Shown: positions 27,918 through 36,913 of the stretch, piece by piece
How the letters are laid out: every line of letters begins with the position of its first letter
Position numbering within the stretch: the stretch's first letter is position 1
Assembly (NCBI GenBank): GCA_027604505.1
Contig: JADIIX010000030.1
Location: 62,001-126,000, forward strand
DNA: 64,000 nucleotides
Source of the DNA: Gonapodya sp. JEL0774
Lineage: Eukaryota
Direction of reading: 5' to 3'
Translations under genes and position numbers: made by a program
Notes under the pieces: generated by a model
Told to the model about the DNA's origin: nothing
The model's input: the letters and a program-made list of their open reading frames with translations, nothing else
Database searches by the model: none

Positions 27918-29675
27918 TTAGTCAAACAGGCCAAAGCCCATATCACCCTCCTCCTCCTCCTCCTCCTCAACTTTCTTCTCCTCCACCTTGGGGGCATCAG
28001 CGACCTTGGTAGGAGCGGCAGAAGCGGGAGCGGCTGAGAAATACGGTGATGCAATCAACAGCCTGCAGGCGCCCATAAATGCACGAAGAGCAGCTTACCG
28101 GCGGCGGGCGCGGAGGACGAGGCCACGGCAAGGGCCGCAGCGAGCGCGCTTGGGTCGTCGAGGAGCTTCTTGAGCTCGTCGGCCAGAGGGAATGTGTATG
28201 CAGTTCCCAAGGCAATGGACACGAGGTTGCGGAAGCCCTGCGAGAGGATTGCCTCAGTGCTATTGGTGATGCGATCCTCCTTGACCTGTGGTGATAAACA
28301 AGGAACAGTTCATGGGGGTGGAAAAAGACAACGAAACGAGAGCAAACGCGTTAGCAGAGTGGAAGCATATTGGTACTGTCAATCACTTTCTCAGTTTCTG
28401 TGTGCGCACTGAGCACAAATGTCGACTGACCCTCAGGAAAAAATTAGAGTGTATGTTTTGTGCCGTCACCGCACCTGAGGTGGCTCCGACCAAAATAGTT
28501 CGCATCCTGGGTCTGATGTTCACAGATTCCACGTCGCCTCCAGGTTCGGAGGAAACGCCGCGCATAGGCAACCCCCACTGCAACCCCCCAACACCCCAGC
28601 GTCACCCCCGAACCGCTTCGACATGGAAACTGTACTACATCCACAGACTCCCAAAACACACCTGGTCAGCGTGGGGGAAGCTGATGGCAGTCGAGAGCGC
28701 AATACCAAGGATGTTCTTGTATCCCGCGGACAGCAGGTGTGGAATGGAGGCGGTGGTCGGGAATCCAAGACCCAGAGAGAGCTTGGTGACGATGCTGGCA
28801 CCGGTGAAGAAGTGCTCCGCAAGGCTGGTCACGTCGATGTCGAGCAGGTCGGGGTGGAACACCGCGCCTTGATCATAGACATACTGCACACTCAAACCAT
28901 AGGTGAAGGGCGAAATGTTCAGCATGTTCAGCAAGGTAGCCTCGGAGGCTCCGACTTTCTGGCCGGGTTTGATGATAGGCACGTCGTTGACGATTTCAAT
29001 GGTACCACGGGCAATCTTGGTCGGGATACCAAGGGCCTGGAAGAAGGAGGTCTTGCCCGGTTCCATTCCCGTGTTACCAGCAGGAATGACCACAGAGCCA
29101 GGAGCGATAGCACCGGCTTTGGCAGGGGCCCGAACCTGGGAAGAGGTGATAGATGCGGCAGTGTGGCAATATTTGTTAGTTTCAAGCTCCAAAAGACGTA
29201 AAGCAACAACGAGGGTATGTTCGTTCAAAAAAACTGAAGATAGAATCCACTTACCCTGTTCTCGGTGATCTTGGTGCGGACTCCTTTCAGGTCCGTCGAC
29301 TTTGTGAATACCAAACCGACGTTGCCCTTGAGAACGGGCAGGAGCCTTTCAAGGTCTGGGTTGTCTTCCTTGAGTGCACGAAGCTTCTTCCTGATCATTG
29401 TGTTTTTACCCATGAGGATCACTGCCTCAGAGCGGAGAGATTTGCGGATCTGGTGCATCTGGTTGGACCCGACATTGTCGACGTTGACAATGAAGATGGT
29501 GGGGTAGTCGGTGAGGAGCTGCTCGAGCTTCACGAAGTACGCTTCCTTTTTGCCGCGGCCTACGTGGGCCGAGAATCATCACAGCGAGTGAGGACGAAAA
29601 AGTGTGAACCATTTCATGCTGGTCGAACCAAAACACAAGAGCAAATCAAAGAAACGTACCGTCTCCCTTTGACAT
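27918..29675 (-). CDS. RPP0: 60S acidic ribosomal protein P0 (uL10) with an extra spine-helix repeat
   Basis: [20 protein letters not shown]...[72 protein letters not shown]-terminus [16 protein letters not shown]. Introns include 28286-28661. Confidence 0.98.
28417..28669 (-). ncRNA. Highly structured intronic RNA in RPP0: either a splice-site-sequestering hairpin or a candidate H/ACA snoRNA
   Basis: Manual pairing on the minus strand: CUGACCAG/UUGGUCGG, UGUGUUUUGGG/CCCAGGAUGCG, GUCU/AGAC, GAUGU/ACAUC, UACAG/CUGUG, UUCCAUGUCG/CGACGUGGAA, GGUUCGGGGG/CCUCCGAACC, GACGCUG/CGGCGUU. A second hairpin CCUCAGG/CCUGAGG is followed by ACA-UUU (28422-28417). Confidence 0.55.
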
Positions 29676-30315
29676 CGTTTATACGTGTACAAGGGGCTCC
29701 TTCAAAGAACTAGGAATTTCAAGACGGTCCTGCCAGCAGAGGTGGTTTGTCGGGTCAGCAACTCGTCCAACATGGCCAGACATCCCCAATGATCCCGAAG
29801 ATATCCAATTTCCCAAAATACAAGCGGATTGCGTGCATTTTAGATGCCCGAAAGAGTAACTGAAGCGCATAGTGTTGAATCCGGAGACGAACATCCATCC
29901 ATCCATCGGGGCTGAGTCTGCGTGTCCACTTCAGGATAAACGAGTTCTTCTTTTCGATCTGTATGTCCGCGCAAGATTCTCACCGCTGAATGTGGGGCCG
30001 AGTTGGTTCTTGTCGTGTGTGGGAAGGAATGCGACGTGACTGTGGTCTCCCTCTTGTGCACAATCCACCACTTGCACAAATCCCAACCACTTGCCGCGAA
30101 GTTTCAAAGTTTTTTGAAAGCAATCCAGCCAAAGAACGGGTGAGCGAAATATCCGCCGTCCTTATTCTTAACAGCAGCGAACCTCTCCAGTGAAGATGTA
30201 CATAATGAACATCATTATCACTACATAATAGTATTCTGCCAACGCAATCCTTGGCCTTTTGTACGTCTAACGCGCAATCCGAATCCTTGCTTCTTCGTTG
30301 AGCAAACATCAATAT

Positions 30316-31101
30316 TCAAGTGAGCTGTAAGCCCGGAGAGGGGCGGAGGGAGAGAGACGGTGGTTGAGTGCAAAAGGAAGGAACGACATGTCGTGAGGGC
30401 GACACTCACCAAATCCAGCAAGCAGCAGCAACAAAGAGCCGCCTATGTTGATAATGACGGTAAGTGTAAAATGAGAGTTTGAGAAAGCTCGTGGAAGGTC
30501 TGTGCCTCTCAAATCAAGAACCTACCCCACACGCAGCTGGGCAAACACAACCAAGTCAATGTTCCTGGCCAAAACGACGTGTACAGCCATAAAAACTCAC
30601 CACAGCAAGCGTCATCGTCTGACCTCGTCGCCACTGGAACAGGCTGTTGAACTACAACGACCGGTTGAGGATGCTGCTGCTTTCCAACCCAGGAACACTC
30701 AATCAAGGAACACTGTAACAACCACCACAATATCCACGCACCTGAACAACATACTGCTGTGGAGGGGGAGGGTAGTATCCTTGGGGAGGAGGAGCACCGC
30801 CCGGAGGAGGAGGATCTAGAGAAATATTCCGGTGGGAGGTTATACCGACTCCCAATAGCTCTCCAATCAACCAACAGCGAAGACTCACAATAGCCCTGTT
30901 GCGGCGGTGGAGGGTAGTATTGACCTGAATATGGCGATTGAAGTAGTGATTGTGGGAAAAAGTGGGGAAAAGTCGGAGTGGCGCAAGATGCGTTTCAAGT
31001 CATGTTCATGGGCAGACCCCCATCGGCTCCTTCCAACTTTGGTGTTAAGGTATAGGAAAGCGTTTCCGATGCGTACCTTGGGGTGGCGGGGCGTACGACA
31101 T
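30316..31101 (-). CDS. CYSTM (cysteine-rich TM module) small protein, many short exons
   Basis: MSYAPPPQG|QYYPPPPQQGY|..PPPPGGAPPPQGYYPPPPQQYVVQ|QQHPQPVVVVQQP...DDACC|AACG|AALCCCCLLDL. Last exon uncertain. Confidence 0.8.
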
Positions 31102-31140
31102 CTTCTTGGTGTGTTTGCTTCTGAAAGGATTGCTTGGATG

Positions 31141-31162
31141 TGTTCAGGGTGGACCCTGAACA
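31141..31162. promoter_or_regulatory. Perfect inverted repeat (10-bp arms) in the 118-bp divergent CYSTM/AKR spacer
   Basis: tgttcagggt-gg-accctgaaca. Regulatory role is inferred from position only. Confidence 0.4.
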
Positions 31163-31219
31163 AAAACGTTTGTGACCACGCCATGCACCTCAGTCAGCAC
31201 TTTGATCGCGGATTCAAAA

Positions 31220-32538
31220 ATGCCAGAAGGAAACCGGGCAACACGCATCCTGACGCAGAATTCGATACCGCGACGATGGCTGTGGATGCTCGCAGTTCTC
31301 GCGATAACGGCGATTGTGTGGACTCACTGGAAGCGTTCTGTTCGGCAGCCGTGAGAGACACCTGTTTGGTTTCAACCGCAATACCCTGATACCAAAAATG
31401 AAATCAAGGATGTTAGCTAATCTTTCAAATGGGTTGAAAAGTGAGTATACATCGGCGTTTATCAGTATGTTCTGCTCAAATCATTCGGTCTGTCAAAGTC
31501 CCCATTGTCGGCTTTGGCACAGCTGGTCTTTCCAACCCTTCAGAATCGATCTACTTTGCTTTAAAACAAGGCTATCGCCTTCTGGACACTGCCAGCGATA
31601 CAGGTCCATGGTATCGCACCGAGAAAGTGATCGGCGACTTCCTTTCGACCAGCTCAAACCCATCTCGCGAGAACGTTTTCATCACCTCCAAAGTGCACCC
31701 CGCCGACCTCGGCCGTCTGGCGACGGGAGCGTCCATCAACAGAACTTTAGAGAACCTGCGCACAGGCTATGTTGATATGATTTTGCTGCACTATCCTCGG
31801 TGTTGGGGGGACTTGTGCCCAATCCCTGCGGAGGGGACGTGGCGGGATGCTTGGAGGTGAGAGGCAGAACTGAGCATTCTGTTTTTGCTGGATTGGTGAC
31901 ATCTGTGTACTCAATATCCAGGGAGCTGGAGCGAGAATATCGGAAAGGGCGAATTCGGAGCCTTGGAGTCTCGAACTTCAATCTATGGGAGACGGAAGAG
32001 CTTCTCGCATTCTCAAAAATTAAACCACATCTTAGTGAGAATCACCAATATCGGTCGAATGAGCCTGTGTTCAGTTGCTCACCTCTCCCCAACCTCTATA
32101 CATTAGTTCAATCCCACTTCGACCCCCTTCATCAGAACTGGGACCTCTTGGAGCTCTGCCGGCGCAATGGTATCTTATTCCAGGCTTACTCTGCGCTCGG
32201 TACCCAGCATGTCGCGGGTGGGACCGCCAACCCTATCCTCAGTCACTCGACGATCGTCAGCATCGCGCGGAAACGGAAGAAAACGCCTGCGCAGGTTATT
32301 TTGTAAGCATGTAGCACCCACCCTCGGGCGCTCTTATTTCTGTGTCGTGAAGTTCATTGTTCGCATGAATGTTTGGTCGTTGGTCTATTTTATCTGTCCC
32401 AGACGATATTTGCTCGAGAATGACATTCTGATCCTGCCGCGCTCGAGTAACTTGGATCATATTGCTTCGAACTTAGAGGTGCTGAACTTTCGACTAAGTG
32501 CACGCGATGTGCAGCGAATTCGAGACATGAAACCGTGA
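31220..32538 (+). CDS. Aldo-keto reductase with an N-terminal membrane anchor or signal
   Basis: PIVGFGT, GYRLLDTA, WY, FITSKV, YVDMILLHYP, GRIRSLGVSNF, QAYSALG, KTPAQVIL, LPRSSN..HIASNL. D/Y/K/H tetrad present. Exon 1 contains WLWMLAVLAITAIVW. Confidence 0.9.
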
Positions 32539-32835
32539 GTCATTTTGTTCTTGTTGTGGTTGTGAGTACGAGATAACAGTTGTCACTATAAGTGAATAAA
32601 TTTAAGTTGATGTTCAGTTTTAAGAAAATACAATTGCAGTAACGACAGTGCTGCAGTGTGACTGAACTTGGCGAGTTTGGGCTCCCTAGCTGCACTTGCT
32701 AAAACCGTGCGCCTGATACGAAAACCTCTTCTGTAATTCCACGTTTGTTGGGGCGGGGCGCTATGAGAATGGATGGAAACATGATGTGGTGGCCCACTTC
32801 ATTCCTCTAAATACACAATCCATCACATTTTGCTG

Positions 32836-34711
32836 ATGGCTGCACCCAGACTTCGGTGGACAAATCAACTGCGCGTGCTCATTGCAGGGGATGTTCATGC
32901 TCGATTTGATAATGTTCTGAAACTGCGAGACCTTATCATCCGCAGAAACTTGATGTCGGTCTTCTTATTGCCAATGAACTGTCGCATTAACGTTCTCATC
33001 GACCGGTCCACTCATCTGTACTGTCCGATCACTTTTCTTTACAACAGCCCTGATCTAGTTCTTGTTACTGGAGACCTGGCGAATGCAGATCACGACCTCG
33101 CTCAGATTCGTGCGAAACTTTTTGGGGACAGTGGGTGAACTTGACGACTTCCCGCAAATACCCGATCCCGCCCATCGATTCAATCATTCTGTATTCCAAT
33201 CATCAATCGTGAAAAGAACCGGCGATAGCACCCGGCCATCCTGCCGCGAGGGCCCAAGCGGCACTCAAGGCTCGCGACGAAACTGATTTTTGTAATGTCG
33301 TTGATGCGTTCGAAACGACCAGGGTGCCCGTGCTCTACATTCCAGGTGTGATCCACTCTCCTCTCTTGAAGTAAGAAAGGGCCCTCGGGATAAAAAACCG
33401 GATCTGCAGGAAATCACGATCCCCGCTCGGCATACTCAGACATCGATCTTGAGCTTCAACCTGAACCCTCATCGCTCCCCGCACATCGTTACTTTAACTT
33501 GTCTCCGAATGCCAAGGTCCTCTCATTGAATAGCTCAGATGATGTTTGGGATGCGCTAGTTAATCGCCGCGGCGTGACATCGTTGCGTGGTTCAGCTCAT
33601 CGACCTGATACACGGAACTGGTCCAGCCATTCTGCACGATCTGGTATGTTACCAAGATTGGCTGGGGGGGATGAGGTATCGGGTCAATCGAACAATGAGT
33701 CAGCAGCCCCGCGCGACAATAGTTCAAGCAATGGTGACAGTTGGGGTGGTGCACCAATGTGGCAGAAGCTCAGGCGATTGAAGGAAGGGACCAGTGAGAA
33801 TGTGCATAGGAAAGTCGTGCGAATAGGTGAATGAATGTGGATCTCTGTTCTTGATCACGCTTATCAAGGTGCCCTCTTTACAGCCCCAAAGCTACTGGTC
33901 GTTGCACATGGGGGGTCGGTGCCGCAAACTTTGTACGAGAATCCTGGCCGAAAAGCTCACTTGGGTAAGCGATTACTTTGTTTCAATTGAGGGGGAAGTT
34001 AACTCACGCACCGATCCTGCCTCCTTGTTCAATCAGGATTCCCTTACGACGAGGACTCGTTGGCAAAAAATGTTGCCGCCCTACTTTCCCGTTGTTCAAC
34101 AAAATCTTCGGTTGATTCAGATATTTTTGCAAGTATTGCCGCATCACAGATGGAAAGAAGACGTCATGTGCTGTCACAGATAAAGAGTACAGAGGAAACC
34201 CCGATAGAAAGACCACGTGAACCGACTGAAGATGAGCCGGAATGTGTGATTATGGTCACCCATTGTGGCCCTGCAGGAGTCGGTGAGCCAAGCAATGTGC
34301 CTCGTCCGATAAGACACTCCCCACGTTAATGTTTTGCTGCACACTACCATCACAATCCAAACTACAGGTACTACACACACACATTTAGACCTCCATGATC
34401 CAGCAAAGTATCAGTCTATAGAGACAGGGTCATACTCATTGCGAAGACTTCTGATGACCTCAACGATCCAGAATCCCCGTGCAGAGGAGCCATCCGTTTT
34501 GCTGAGCGTGCATGGACATGCCCATTTCTCGAAGGGTTTGGCGCACTTGGGTGGGGTGACAGTGGTCAACCCAGGTCCCCTTAGGGATGGGTCCGTGGCG
34601 ATGGTAATACTTGAAGAAAAACATAATGTGACGGCAAACGCACAAGCTGGGAAAAGATCGCCAAAGTGGCAAATCGCGAGTGTACAATTTTTGAATGTTG
34701 ATGGAGTGTGA
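32836..34711 (+). CDS. Calcineurin-like metallophosphoesterase (Icc-related)
   Basis: Metal-binding motifs in order: IAGDVH, VTGDLAN, YIPG|NHD, VTHCGP, VHGHAH; also VVNPGPL. Confidence 0.85.
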
Positions 34712-34715
34712 AATA

Positions 34716-34777
34716 TGGTGGCACTCCAGATCGTGCACTGGAGCAGTTCCGTGTGTCAGGTCGATGAACCATGCGAC
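34716..34777 (-). repeat. Inverted, decayed copy of coding segment 33582-33654
   Basis: Reverse complement gtcgcatggttca-----tcgacctgacacacggaactgctccag------tgcacgatctggagtgccacca aligns to gttgcgtggttcagctcatcgacctgatacacggaactggtccagccattctgcacgatctggtatgttacca. Confidence 0.9.
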
Positions 34778-34794
34778 TTCGTACTGTACATAAA

Positions 34795-36329
34795 ATGGCA
34801 ACTGCCCCTTTGCAATTATTAGCGAAGCGGCACACGATTCTCTTCCTGTCTATGTTGATTGCCATCATCTTCATTCGATCGACGGATTGTTTGCCGTTTT
34901 CGTCAGATTCTGGCTCCCCACCAGCATTCGGTTTCCACCTGGACTGGAGCGTGGTCTCGCCGAGCAGAATAAAGTCATTGCTAGGATCGGAAACAGCTTC
35001 TAACAACTGTTTTGCTGAGTTTTACACTGTGGGAAGCTCCACCTTTGACCCCATGAAGGTATGTCAAAGTAATAGTATCACGCTGGGGAGAGAGCCCTTT
35101 CGATGATTCTGCGTGATTGAGCAAGTACTTTGTTGCATTTGAGAGGTGGAGGATAGGTCTAAATCTGTCGTGGTGAGTCGACTTCATCGCCATACAAGTA
35201 AATCACCTATCATATCCCGAGACTTTCAGGCCGCTGGATCATCCTGCCTCTTTCTCTCATTGGAACCGTGGTTTGGACTGTCCTCGGATGTTATATCGGA
35301 TGGGGATGTTACAGCCGTTGCCGCTGGTTGCAATCGTGCGAATGAACTGGGAGTTGAAGTTATTCTTCGGTTTGCTCACGAAATGGTACGACTTCGTGAA
35401 TATTTTGATCTCATTTTGGGCAGCTTTGGAATACCGTATTCCGATCGACATGTAATCCCTGCCACCCCGTGTCGCTTCCTCCACCTAACCTCTCCTCAAC
35501 GCGATTCTGAACCCACATTGTTACATGTTACAGAATGCAAACTGGTATCCTTGGGGAAGTCGTGCCGGCGAAGGAGCCTATGTGGCTTCTTTTAGGCGAC
35601 TTGTCACCATATTAAGAACGCAGCTCACTCATCGCAACATGACCTACACACTTTGGGCACCACAAATGTGGAGTTGTGAAGGAAGAGGTCCAGCTGAAGA
35701 TCCTTGTAAGTGGAATCTAATGGCAAAATGGGGGAGGAGATTGCAACTCACGCTCTGTTGACTTTTTTTTTGCAGATTCTCGGTGGTACCCAGGTGACGA
35801 TGTGGTGGATATAATTGGTTTCTCGTTTTTCCATTTCCCGCGTTTTCCGTCTCCAAGCAATCCTTTGCTGAGGCCTCTATCGCAAAATCCTGCTCCCAGT
35901 CGCATGTTTTACAATGAGGTGCGAGGAAGACCAGGCAATTCATTCTGTGACTTTCGGGAGGTCTTCGGCAACAGAAAATGGTTTTCCAAGCCTCTTATTG
36001 TGGCAGAAACTGGCGTAGGATGGGTACCTGATGTTGGTGATGAACAAATGGAGCTTGCAATTAAACGCACTTGGTGGAGGGAGTTAATGAGTGCTAATAT
36101 GGGCGACGACCCGTTGAACATCAAAATGTTCATGTGGTTTGAGTTTAACAAAACTGAGCAAGGTTTCACAGGAAGTAAGTACAATTACACAGTAGTGTTC
36201 AGCTTAGCTGATGAGATTCTGAATTATCCAAAGGGGAATACCGCGACTTTCGAATACTTACTGGGAGTAGCTCAGTTCGTGATGCATTCATTTCAGACCT
36301 CAGAGAGTTTGCAAGGTGATGCAAATTAA
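34795..36329 (+). CDS. Secreted glycoside hydrolase family 26 (clan GH-A)
   Basis: Hydrophobic N-terminus; SLEPW; VILRFAHEM|NANWYPWG (acid/base Glu); TLWAP; WYPGDDVVDIIG; KPLIVAETG (nucleophile Glu); KRTWW; IKMFMWFEFNK. Confidence 0.88.
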
Positions 36330-36360
36330 AACATGTGTTGGATTTCTACCGGTGGGGGAA

Positions 36361-36592
36361 ATGCTTCCACTTTTGAGATTGATCGCATCAGAAGAGTTGC
36401 AGTTTCCATCACTGCCGCAGACATTCCTACTCTCTCTGAATTGTTCGAATTCGAATATGTGTCGTCTCTTTTGACTGTGTGCAAGCGCTGACTCTCATCC
36501 TTCATGAGGGTCTCTCGTCCAGCTTCGTCTTCATCGACGACTCGGCGCTTTGCACGTACGTGGTCGTCGCAATGTTGACAAACTGGTAGACG
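36361..36592 (-). repeat. Direct, decayed ~230-bp copy of KAT14-like exon segment 39156-39389 (pseudogenic fragment)
   Basis: Translation RAKRRVVDEDEAGRETLMKDESQRLHTVKRDDTYSNSNNSERVGMSAAVMETATLLMRSISKVEA versus source RAKRRVVDEDEADSVEETLINDGSRRVQTVKRDDTQSNSNNLERDGTPAAATETATPLMRSISKVEA. The copy has a 6-bp deletion and a frameshifting 4-bp insertion (gcacgtacgtgg vs gcacgtgg). Confidence 0.95.
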
Positions 36593-36913
36593 GCAACTAC
36601 GATTGTTAGTCACGAAACACAAGGTGAGGAGTTTGTCTAGTGCCGGACTCAGAACCATCATCACAGCACAAGAGGTGAGAAATCTGAGGATTAATGATAT
36701 GGAGTTTGTGACGAGAAATGCCTTAGAGATCTATTCCGGCAATCTTCTCAAGCTATCAGTTGTACTATTATCAATTAAATCGATCGTTCTGAAAACAAAA
36801 TATGAGCCAATCGTTGGGTATTAAGAGAAGCGGTCGTCAATCATCGTCACTGTGCATGAGGAGTCGGATCAAGAGTCACGGAAGCACACATCCGCAACAA
36901 TGCCGACTTCAAG

